This document shows positions 1 to 7,556 of a stretch of DNA of 20,743 nt, in pieces; within the stretch, counting starts at the first letter, position 1, and each line of letters opens with the position of its first letter. Both the position numbers and the translations under genes were made by a program. The notes beneath the pieces were generated by a model, which did not search any database, was not told where the DNA came from, and saw only the letters and a list, made by a program, of their open reading frames with translations. Origin of the DNA: Candidatus Bathyarchaeia archaeon (GTDB taxonomy: Archaea; Thermoproteota; Bathyarchaeia; Bathyarchaeales; Bathycorpusculaceae); assembly GCA_049969855.1 (NCBI GenBank), contig JBMFOB010000022.1, forward strand, positions 1 to 20,743, in the 5' to 3' direction.

Positions 1-262
1 CTATTAGCGTCATCATTCCTGGCTGTCGAGCCTTTACTTCGTCCGCTAAGCCCTTAAGGAAGGGCCATCCACCGTAAAGGTAAACGATTAGGGATAGGAA
101 GAGTAGGATTTCTTTTTTGAATGGTATTTGTAATGCTTGAAGAATTGGAAACCATGTTTGCATCATTTCTGAGAGAAGCAGAATTGGTGCTGTTAATATT
201 AGGGAAATCCAGAACTTGTTTTTGAATTCTTGTATGTGGTGAGCGTGGTGTTGATGTTGCAT
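1..262 (-). CDS. copB: Heavy-metal (copper) translocating P1B-type ATPase, CopB-like; 5' part only, runs off the window start
   Basis: Not in the ORF track. Hand translation from ATG at 262 gives MQHQHHAHHIQEFKNKFWISLILTAPILLLSEMMQTWFP...YLYGGWPFLKGLADEVKARQPGMMTLI. The His-rich N-terminus, 'F++FW+SL+L++P', 'YGGWPF' and 'PGMMTLI' are hallmarks of P1B-3/CopB ATPases. Confidence 0.9.
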   Translation of the reverse strand, partial: MQHQHHAHHIQEFKNKFWISLILTAPILLLSEMMQTWFPILQALQIPFKKEILLFLSLIVYLYGGWPFLKGLADEVKARQPGMMTLI

Positions 263-334
263 GTTTTCACTTATTGTTTAATATGCCGTATGTCATAAAA
301 ACTTGTCGGTTAACAAACCAAAAATGAACCCAGT

Positions 335-814
335 TTATCCTCCCGGAGCACCATGGAAAGGAACATTCTTCCAGAGCAAATCCCACCAGTCAGCCTCTGT
401 TATGGCTTCGCCCCTAACAAGAATCTCCAAAACCATCTTTAATAGTTCATGATGTCTCTTCTCATCCTCCAAAATGGCGCTTAAAAGAAGCTTAACCTTC
501 TCATTCTCAACAGTTGGCAAAACATCACTGATTTTCTTGATAAGCTCAGCCTCCAAACGTATGTGCTTTTCCACAACCGCCTTCTGCTTGTCCAATTGTT
601 CTTGAGTAATGGCTTGGGAAACCCTTGTCAAAAGTTCTGTGGCTGCAGCATACATTTCTGCATGCTTCAATGAGTCTAAGGATATACCCTTCAAAACTCC
701 TTTTACAGGCGGGTTTTTCATGTTAATTAACGCATTGTTCAGCGAATCTACAATCTCATTTTCAATCTTAATCTGCCTCTTCATAAACTCAATTAGTTCA
801 TTTTTCGTTTTCAT
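335..814 (-). CDS. Ferritin-like (rubrerythrin-fold) four-helix bundle protein
   Basis: Two-fold internal repeat: (Q/H)IxxExE...NxxVK..L..I..D(S/E)xxH, seen as DSLKH and DEKRH. ATG at 814 follows a GAAGGAG RBS and is preferred over the GTG at 829. Ends in WWDLLWKNVPFHGAPGG. Confidence 0.75.
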   Translation of the reverse strand: MKTKNELIEFMKRQIKIENEIVDSLNNALINMKNPPVKGVLKGISLDSLKHAEMYAAATELLTRVSQAITQEQLDKQKAVVEKHIRLEAELIKKISDVLPTVENEKVKLLLSAILEDEKRHHELLKMVLEILVRGEAITEADWWDLLWKNVPFHGAPGG

Positions 815-838
815 AATCTTCTCCTTCACTAAAACATG

Positions 839-1282
839 TTAGCTTATGTGCATAAGTCTTTCGGCAACTTTCCTCCCAAACTCTCTACATTTTTCTAAAC
901 CATCATGGTCAGGCGTGTACTTAATTAAAAGCGGCGGTTCAGCAACTTCCATTTCAAACTTGTTCTTCAAAATTTCAAGAACCAAACGAGGAGCTTCGCC
1001 GCTCCAACCATAAGAACCAAAAGCAGCTCCAATTTTTCCTTTTAAAACTATTTTTTTAACAGCAGCCTCCTCCAAAAGATTTTTTATGTTTAAAGGCATG
1101 TCATGATGGTACGTTGGAACTCCAAACGCTAAAGCGTCAAAACTGGTTAAAGCTTCAACAGCCATATAATAAGCTGTTTCCACATTCACTCCTTGAACTG
1201 TTCTAGCGCCTTCAGCCACAGCCTTAGCCATCTTCTCAGTATTCCCAGTTCGACTATAATAAAGAACAAGAAACTTAGCCAT
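839..1282 (-). CDS. Flavodoxin domain protein (similar to the FprA C-terminal domain)
   Basis: FMN phosphate loop YYSRTGNTEKMA, plus GVPTY and AFGSYGWSGEA. ATG at 1282 follows GGTG; alternative start at 1297. Confidence 0.88.
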   Translation of the reverse strand: MAKFLVLYYSRTGNTEKMAKAVAEGARTVQGVNVETAYYMAVEALTSFDALAFGVPTYHHDMPLNIKNLLEEAAVKKIVLKGKIGAAFGSYGWSGEAPRLVLEILKNKFEMEVAEPPLLIKYTPDHDGLEKCREFGRKVAERLMHIS

Positions 1283-1319
1283 ATACACCACACCCATTCA
1301 TTAATAGTTGCATGCCTAA

Positions 1320-2018
1320 TTAGAGATTTTGGCTTGCCGCCTGCTTTATTTCTTTTTTGAATTTTTCTGTTTCCATAAAAAAAGTTTGTATTGGTTTAGC
1401 ATTAACTATGAGCCACCAGTTTTTGCGTTTCATTGATTCTTCGGGCTTTTGCCACTCGTTTATCATTTCAATTTTTATGTCGGGTAAAACTTCTCTAATA
1501 ATTTGTTCAATTCTTTTTGCAAATGAATAAGAAAACTGACATGCGGAGCCATAAAGGATTACTGCTTTGTTCTTGTCTTCTTCTAACGGTTCATATTCCA
1601 CTTTTGGAACGGGTTCATATGTGCCTTCGATTGGAAGGTATAGCATGCTTCCTTCTTTTGTTGGGAGGAACCCGTTTTTCTTGTAAAATTCTGGCATTGG
1701 AAGAAGCTCACCGGTGTTGAAAGCTTTGGCTAAGATGAATTTGCATGGTTTATTGCCGAGGCATGACTTCTTCATTTTAACATCTAAAATTACCTCTTGC
1801 AGCAGTTTTTTGCCTATACCAATTTTCTGCGCCTCTGATGTAGGATTGTAAATGCAGTTTATGACAAGAACTCCTTCCCGCCTAAACTCCTTGGCTACGT
1901 CAGCTTCTTCTGGATAATAGAGTATTTGGGCTACTGGTTTTCCATCGTAGTAAGCGATTTTTGCGCACGATCCATAACCGTTAAGCATTTCATGTAGCCA
2001 TTGTCTTTTCAGCGCCAT
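1320..2018 (-). CDS. GNAT-family N-acetyltransferase with YoaP-like C-terminal domain; probably 5'-frameshifted (native start likely 2082)
   Basis: INCIY...QKIGIGKKLL acetyl-CoA motif A and FYKKNGF motif B. C-terminal CQF...thioredoxin-like YoaP-type segment. An out-of-frame ATG with an RBS-like sequence lies at 2082. Confidence 0.7.
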   Translation of the reverse strand: MALKRQWLHEMLNGYGSCAKIAYYDGKPVAQILYYPEEADVAKEFRREGVLVINCIYNPTSEAQKIGIGKKLLQEVILDVKMKKSCLGNKPCKFILAKAFNTGELLPMPEFYKKNGFLPTKEGSMLYLPIEGTYEPVPKVEYEPLEEDKNKAVILYGSACQFSYSFAKRIEQIIREVLPDIKIEMINEWQKPEESMKRKNWWLIVNAKPIQTFFMETEKFKKEIKQAASQNL

Positions 2019-2094
2019 GCCCTGCTGATGGATTGGGTCGTTGAGCCTTTTGGAGATTTTCGATTCTCACTTTATCTTGCATTGAATTTTACCT

Positions 2095-2661
2095 TTAAGC
2101 CTTCTTGCCCATTTCCTTTATTATCTCATCCACAGTCATTATTTTTGCATTGTAAACATATTCTAAATATTTCAATCCTTGTTCATGGTCTTCTTGTGTG
2201 AATGATTCCACTCCGTCTTTTGCGATTATTATTTTGTATCCTCTGAAGAAGGCGTCTGCTGCCGTGTGCCTTACACATATGTGCGTGTGCAGTCCACCTA
2301 AAATGACTGTTTTGGCGCCTTCTCCGTTGTATAGGCTTCTAAGCAGCGGGTCCAAACCTGTCTCGTAGAAGCCGCTATATGTTCTTTTTTCGACGATGAA
2401 GTCCTCCTCTGTAGGCTTGAGTTCTGGAATGACTTCGGCTCCTTTTGTGCCTTTTATGGCGTGTTTTCCCCATTTTGCGACAACTTCAAAGTCTTCTGGA
2501 TAATGGGCATCGTTGCTGTAGATGACTGGGATGTTATGCTTGCGGGCGGCTTCTATTAGCTTTTTAAGATTTGGAATTATGTGTTTGGCTCTTTCGCATT
2601 TTAAATCTCCAGTGACAAAATCGTTCAGCATATCAATTATTATTACAGCCTTCCTACTCAA
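2095..2661 (-). CDS. Isochorismatase-family cysteine hydrolase (nicotinamidase-like)
   Basis: IIDMLNDF (catalytic Asp), DAH...WGKH (metal ligands), EKRTYSGF (Lys) and GLHTHICV (catalytic Cys). TTG start with GGTG RBS. Confidence 0.9.
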   Translation of the reverse strand: MSRKAVIIIDMLNDFVTGDLKCERAKHIIPNLKKLIEAARKHNIPVIYSNDAHYPEDFEVVAKWGKHAIKGTKGAEVIPELKPTEEDFIVEKRTYSGFYETGLDPLLRSLYNGEGAKTVILGGLHTHICVRHTAADAFFRGYKIIIAKDGVESFTQEDHEQGLKYLEYVYNAKIMTVDEIIKEMGKKA

Positions 2662-2716
2662 GGGCGAAAGACACCTTCAGCAATTTCGATTATGCCTTAC
2701 GTCATATTTAAGCTAT

Positions 2717-3790
2717 TTATCTTGCACTCTCTAAAGTGTAAAAGCCATCCGTGAATTTTTCAGCCTTTCCCTTCTTCACTAAAACCGTGTCCTCTATGCG
2801 GATGCCTCCGAAATCAATAAGGTATATGCCCGGCTCAATTGTTACCACATTTCCAATTGTTAATTTATCCTTGCTTTCCATGTTAAGCGTTGGCGGTTCA
2901 TGAATTTCTAAGCCTACACCGTGGCCTAATCCGTGGACGAAATATTCTCCATATCCAGCCTTTTCTATGACTTTTCTGGCGGTGTTGTCTATTTCTTTGG
3001 CTTTTGCCTTCGGCTTTACTGCTTGGAAGGCTTTTTCCTGAGCTTCTTTAACAACTTCATAAAGCTTAATTTGTTTATTTAAGGGTTTCCCAGCGACAAT
3101 GGTTCTTGTCATGTCAGAACGGTAATACTTGTAAGTGGCTCCTATATCAACAACAACCAAATCCCCTTCACGTATCTCTTTATCTGTGCATCCGCCGTGA
3201 GGAAAGGCTGAACGAACGCCGGAAGCCACTATGGTATCAAAGGCTGTTCCCCAAGACCCCCTTTTTCGCATGGCATGTTCAATTTCCGCAGCAGCCTCAT
3301 ACTCTTTTATGCCAGGCTTAATCACTTCATAAGCAGCTTTCATGCCTTCGCTTGTTAGTTTTCCAGCCTTCCGCATAAGTTCAAGCTCTTCTTCATCCTT
3401 CACCTTACGCAGTTCCCAGACAAGGTCTCCTCTAACCTTTAGCTTTGTTTCGCCGCGCAATTCTTTTGCGAGTTTGCGGTAGTTCTCAACGTTTAATGTG
3501 TCTATGGCTAACTTTTTTATTTTGAAAGCCTTAGTCTGCTTTGCAATTTTTGCCAACAAATTTTCGTTGCGTTTCACCAATTCAACAGTGAAACCTTTAA
3601 CTTCAGCTTTCGCCTGCTCATAATTAACATTGTAGACATATGCTTTGCCCTCACCAGATTTTGGTATCAACACGCATGCCAATCCAGGACAACTTGAAAA
3701 GTACAAAGTGTTAATTTCGTTTGTAATCAAAAACCCGTCAAACCCCTTTTGCTCAAAAGCCTTTTGTTTTAAAGCCTCTATCCTATTCAT
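2717..3790 (-). CDS. pepQ: Xaa-Pro aminopeptidase/prolidase (M24B)
   Basis: Creatinase-like N-domain, then PHG, VDIGA, SDMTRT, HGLGHGVGLEIHE, TIEPGIY and GIRIED metal-binding motifs. AGGTGA RBS at 3795-3800. Confidence 0.92.
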   Translation of the reverse strand: MNRIEALKQKAFEQKGFDGFLITNEINTLYFSSCPGLACVLIPKSGEGKAYVYNVNYEQAKAEVKGFTVELVKRNENLLAKIAKQTKAFKIKKLAIDTLNVENYRKLAKELRGETKLKVRGDLVWELRKVKDEEELELMRKAGKLTSEGMKAAYEVIKPGIKEYEAAAEIEHAMRKRGSWGTAFDTIVASGVRSAFPHGGCTDKEIREGDLVVVDIGATYKYYRSDMTRTIVAGKPLNKQIKLYEVVKEAQEKAFQAVKPKAKAKEIDNTARKVIEKAGYGEYFVHGLGHGVGLEIHEPPTLNMESKDKLTIGNVVTIEPGIYLIDFGGIRIEDTVLVKKGKAEKFTDGFYTLESAR

Positions 3791-3830
3791 TTTTTCACCT
3801 TCTAGAAAGCAATCATAAATGACTGTTTAG

Positions 3831-3846
3831 TTTAAAATCTTTTGCA
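3831..3846 (-). promoter_or_regulatory. Archaeal BRE/TATA promoter for pepQ
   Basis: The minus strand reads GCAAAAGA-TTTTAAA about 40 nt upstream of the pepQ ATG. Confidence 0.55.
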
Positions 3847-3866
3847 AAAAGAATTAAATTTCGGCG

Positions 3867-4157
3867 TTATCCACCGCTAACTATGGGAAGTAAAGCCACA
3901 TGGTCCCCGTTTTTAAGTTTTGTTTTGATTCCGTTTAACTGGTTGAGCAGATAACCGTTCACTGTGATTACGTAGTTTGTCTTTACATCCTTGCCTTTAG
4001 GTTCGTAAAGAGCCTTTTGAAAGGGTTCACCATATCTTTCAGAAAGCCTAACCAATAAGTCTGCTATGGAAGAGTCTTCGCTAATTTCAACTTCCTCTTC
4101 CCGACCACTTTTAATAATATTTCTTATATGACCGAAGTATTCAACCTTAACTTTCAA
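3867..4157 (-). CDS. moaD: MoaD/ThiS-family ubiquitin-like sulfur carrier (SAMP-like)
   Basis: MKVKVEYFG N-terminus, ITVNG, and LKNGDHVALLPIVSGG with a C-terminal di-glycine. 96 aa. Confidence 0.9.
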   Translation of the reverse strand: MKVKVEYFGHIRNIIKSGREEEVEISEDSSIADLLVRLSERYGEPFQKALYEPKGKDVKTNYVITVNGYLLNQLNGIKTKLKNGDHVALLPIVSGG

Positions 4158-4200
4158 GGCGAAACCCCAAAGGCTTCTATAATATCATGGCTCAAGTTCG

Positions 4201-4241
4201 TTATATAATTGTTTCACCCCTTTCTATCGCTAAATTAATAT
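4201..4241. promoter_or_regulatory. Divergent promoter region between moaD and the flavin reductase
   Basis: TTATATAA at 4201-4208, preceded on the minus strand by GAAACAA (BRE-like), fits moaD. TAAATTAATAT at 4231-4241 lies about 45 nt before ATG 4286. Confidence 0.5.
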
Positions 4242-4285
4242 TGATTACACCACTAATGTTTCATGCCTTTAGGAAGTTTGTGAAA

Positions 4286-4816
4286 ATGAAAGAGGAAGTT
4301 CCAGTTTCCGAAGGGTTAAGCCAGTTCCCAATTAGACCAGTTTATTTAGTTTCAACAGAGCATAAAGGCAAAAAGAACATTATAACCGTCGGCATGTTCG
4401 CCTTCTTCTCCGGAAAACCAACATTGGTTGGTGTGGGCATTGCTCCTACGAGATACTCATTTGAATTAATTCGCCAAAGTAAAGAGTACGTAGTTAACGC
4501 TGTTGACGAGAATCTTATTGAGGCTACGCGGATTTGTGGGGAAAAATCAGGGCGAGAAGTGGACAAATTTGAACTGGCGAAGCTTACTCCAGAAAAGGGA
4601 ACCAAAGTAAATGCGCCCCTCATCAAAGAGAGTCCCGTTAGCATTGAATGTAAGGTTGTTAAAGAAGTTGAAATCGGCGACCACGTTTGGTTTATAGGCG
4701 AAGTGCTCGCTGCTCATGTTCGCAAAGGATACAAGTGGAGTGAGGGTTTACTGTTTAAGTGGATAGGTGAAGACGGCTTCTTTTACAAAGTGGGAAAAGA
4801 AATAGGCAAATACTAA
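4286..4816 (+). CDS. Flavin reductase-like FMN-binding split-barrel protein (flavoredoxin/DIM6-NTAB family)
   Basis: PVYLVS, NIIT, RYSFELI, CGEKSGREVDKF, PLIKES..IEC and GDH.WFIGEV motifs. ATG 4286 is preferred because the longer ORF from 4187 crosses the divergent promoter. Confidence 0.88.
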   Translation: MKEEVPVSEGLSQFPIRPVYLVSTEHKGKKNIITVGMFAFFSGKPTLVGVGIAPTRYSFELIRQSKEYVVNAVDENLIEATRICGEKSGREVDKFELAKLTPEKGTKVNAPLIKESPVSIECKVVKEVEIGDHVWFIGEVLAAHVRKGYKWSEGLLFKWIGEDGFFYKVGKEIGKY

Positions 4817-4840
4817 ACGCATTTTACTGAGAGATAACGC

Positions 4841-5275
4841 TTGGATTTTGAATATCCCAAAAATGTTCGTTTCATATGCAAGAAATGTGCCATATGCTGC
4901 GGCGACACCAAGGAAAAGGTTAGGTTCATTCTTCTCTTAAAGAAAGAGGCTGAACGCATAGCAAAGAAAACTCTAAAAGATATTGAGGAGTTCGCTGAAA
5001 AAGTTGAAGACACACAGCTTTACGTTTACCAGATGAGAAAAACTGCTGAAGGAAAATGTGTATTCCTTAAAGACGGTTTATGCTCAATTTACCAGATAAG
5101 ACCGTTAATATGCAAATTCTATCCATTCCAACTTAACAATAAAAATGGCAGATTCGAATTCGCATACACAACTGAATGCCCAAACATTGGTAAAGGCCCA
5201 AAATTGAAAAAGAAGTTTTTTGAAAAGCTCCTTAGAGAATTCGTAAGAATTATGGAAGAGAACGCTTCTCATTGA
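4841..5275 (+). CDS. YkgJ/UPF0153 CxxCxxCC cysteine-cluster protein (putative Zn/Fe-S binding)
   Basis: [25 protein letters not shown] and a later CP. TTG start. Confidence 0.88.
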   Translation: MDFEYPKNVRFICKKCAICCGDTKEKVRFILLLKKEAERIAKKTLKDIEEFAEKVEDTQLYVYQMRKTAEGKCVFLKDGLCSIYQIRPLICKFYPFQLNNKNGRFEFAYTTECPNIGKGPKLKKKFFEKLLREFVRIMEENASH

Positions 5276-5321
5276 CAATTCTTTTATGTTTCTCAAACAG
5301 TCTAGTTTTAGGGTGTCTTCA

Positions 5322-7004
5322 ATGTTGTTTGACAAGCAGACGCTGGAGGAGATTCGTAAAAGGAAAAAGGAATGGGAGAAAGAAACTGTATCAAAGAGTT
5401 TGGAAAAGCTTCCGGAAAAAGCTGAATTCTCAACAAGTTCTGACATTCCCATAAATAGGGTTTACACGCCAGTTGACATTGAAAAGCTTGACTATTTAGA
5501 AGATTTAGGTTTTCCAGGGGAATATCCCTTCACCCGCGGCGTTTATCCAACAATGTACCGTGCTAGATTATGGACTATGAGGCAATATGCAGGCTTCGGA
5601 ACGGCTGAACAAACGAATCAACGCTTTAAATATCTGTTACAGCAGGGACAAAGGGGCTTAAGCGTGGCTTTTGACTTTCCAACACAAGTTGGTTATGACT
5701 GCGACCATCCCATGGCACGTGGCGAAGTTGGAAGGGCTGGCGTAAGTGTTAGCACTTTAAGGGATATGGAAATCGTCTTTGATGGAATTCCCTTAAAGGA
5801 AATCACGACCTCTATGACTATTAATGCTCCAGCAACAGTTTTGCTTGCCATGTATGTTGCTGTTGGACAAAAACAGGGTGCTGAACCATCTCAGTTGGGT
5901 GGAACAGTGCAGAATGACATTTTGAAGGAATATGCAGCCAGAGGCATGTACATTTTTCCACCTAAACCATCCATGAGGCTAGTAACAGACATATTCGAGT
6001 ACTGCTCTCAACACATGCCACAATGGAACACTATAAGCATAAGCGGCTACCACATTCGCGAGGCTGGAGCAACAGCCGTTCAAGAAGTAGCCTTCACATT
6101 AGCAAACGCCATCGCCTACGTGCAAGCAGCCATCGACAGAGGTTTAGATTTGGACAAATTCGCAGGCAGATTATCCTTCTTCTTTGCGTCCCACAACAAC
6201 TTCTTCGAAGAAATTGCCAAATTCAGAGCTGCAAGAAGGCTATGGGCTAAAATAATGCGGGAACGCTTCAAAGCAAAAAATCCAGCCTCATGGATGTTAC
6301 GTTTCCACACTCAAACTTCTGGGGTTTCCCTCACAGCCCAACAACCATACAACAATATTGTGAGGGTTGCTCTTCAAGCTTTGGCTGCTGTTTTAGGTGG
6401 AACCCAATCTTTGCATACAAACTCTTTTGATGAAGCTTATGCCTTGCCAAGCGAACAAGCCGTCACAGTAGCGCTTAGAACTCAACAGATAATAGCTTAC
6501 GAAAGCGGAGTAGCCGAAACCATAGACCCAATTGCAGGCTCATACTATGTGGAGTACTTGACAAGTCAGATAGAAGAGAAAGCAGCAAAATACATTGAAC
6601 AAATTGACGAAATGGGAGGAGCCGTTGCCGCCATCGAAAAGGGTTTCATGCAACGAGAAATTGTAGAAAGCGCCTACCGCTTTCAAAGAGAAGTGGAAGC
6701 AAAAAAGCGCATAATTGTTGGAGTAAACGAGTTTATAACAGAGGAAGAGGTACCGATAAAAATTTTGCAGATAGACCCTGAAATAGAGAAAAAGCTTGTA
6801 GAACGCCTAAAACAGATAAAACAGCAGAGAAACCAAACAAAAGTTAAAGAAATGCTAGACAAATTACGCTTGGCTGCTGAAAAAGAAAATGCGAATCTCA
6901 TGCCATTCATAATTCAAGCAGTAAAAGAATACGCCACCATAGGAGAAATCTGCGACACCTTGCGGGAGGTTTTCGGAGAATATAAGCCACCTTCCATCTT
7001 CTAA
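5322..7004 (+). CDS. mcmA: Methylmalonyl-CoA mutase, large (substrate-binding) subunit
   Basis: [55 protein letters not shown] and GGTQSLHTN. No DxHxxG B12-binding domain. ATG 5322 follows a GGGTG RBS; the ORF track starts at 5286. Confidence 0.95.
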   Translation: MLFDKQTLEEIRKRKKEWEKETVSKSLEKLPEKAEFSTSSDIPINRVYTPVDIEKLDYLEDLGFPGEYPFTRGVYPTMYRARLWTMRQYAGFGTAEQTNQRFKYLLQQGQRGLSVAFDFPTQVGYDCDHPMARGEVGRAGVSVSTLRDMEIVFDGIPLKEITTSMTINAPATVLLAMYVAVGQKQGAEPSQLGGTVQNDILKEYAARGMYIFPPKPSMRLVTDIFEYCSQHMPQWNTISISGYHIREAGATAVQEVAFTLANAIAYVQAAIDRGLDLDKFAGRLSFFFASHNNFFEEIAKFRAARRLWAKIMRERFKAKNPASWMLRFHTQTSGVSLTAQQPYNNIVRVALQALAAVLGGTQSLHTNSFDEAYALPSEQAVTVALRTQQIIAYESGVAETIDPIAGSYYVEYLTSQIEEKAAKYIEQIDEMGGAVAAIEKGFMQREIVESAYRFQREVEAKKRIIVGVNEFITEEEVPIKILQIDPEIEKKLVERLKQIKQQRNQTKVKEMLDKLRLAAEKENANLMPFIIQAVKEYATIGEICDTLREVFGEYKPPSIF

Positions 7005-7555
7005 ACAATAATAAATAGGGCTTCGCCTTCGCTTACCGAAGAACCCTCAGAAACAAGTATTTCCTGAACTGTGCCGCTTTTAGGAGCTGCAACTTCATTT
7101 TCCATTTTCATGGCTTCCAGAATACAAAGAACCTGTCCGGCTTTCACCTGTTCTCCCTTTTTGACTTTTATGGAAAGAATTTTTCCAGTCATGGGCGCAG
7201 CCACAGCACCTTCCACTGCTGGCTTGGGTTCCGCTGGTCTTTTTGCAGGCGCTACTGTAGTGGGTTCAAAAGTTGCTAATGCAAGTTTTCTCATTGACGT
7301 TTTTACTTCCGCCTTGAAAACTGCTTCTTCAACTTTAACCGAAAAAGGCTCTTCCCTCTTGAGTTCTGGCAAATTTACCTGATACTTTTTGCCATCGATA
7401 TTTATGAAGAAACCTTTTTCTAATTCAAGCTTTTCAGTTTCTAACTCCACTTTTAAAGGCTTTCCGTCCACTTTGACTTCGAAAGTGTTCTCTCCAGTTT
7501 TTGTCAACTCGATTTTTCGTGGTTTGCCGTCAATAAAAACTTCGTAAACTGGCAT
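7001..7555 (-). CDS. Biotin carboxyl carrier protein (transcarboxylase 1.3S/MmdC-like) with extended N-terminus
   Basis: APMTGKI...[11 protein letters not shown] biotinylation motif, a Pro/Ala linker and N-terminal repeated xDGK hairpins. ATG 7555 lies 1 nt after the upstream stop. Confidence 0.92.
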   Translation of the reverse strand: MPVYEVFIDGKPRKIELTKTGENTFEVKVDGKPLKVELETEKLELEKGFFINIDGKKYQVNLPELKREEPFSVKVEEAVFKAEVKTSMRKLALATFEPTTVAPAKRPAEPKPAVEGAVAAPMTGKILSIKVKKGEQVKAGQVLCILEAMKMENEVAAPKSGTVQEILVSEGSSVSEGEALFIIV

Positions 7556-7556
7556 T

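Noticed and set aside
3813-3822. Short palindrome TCAT-AA-ATGA downstream of the pepQ TATA box
   Set aside because: The 4-bp arms are too short, and I found no convincing second copy.
2659-4165. Shared TTTCGCC just before the TTG starts of the isochorismatase and moaD genes
   Set aside because: Only 7 bp in two copies, which is compatible with chance.
4187-4285. Hydrophobic N-terminal extension (apparent signal peptide) on the flavin reductase
   Set aside because: It spans the divergent TATA elements, and the family fold begins at Met 4286.
5322-7004. Isobutyryl-CoA or 2-hydroxyisobutyryl-CoA mutase
   Set aside because: The specificity residues are Tyr and Arg, and a methylmalonyl-CoA epimerase is nearby.
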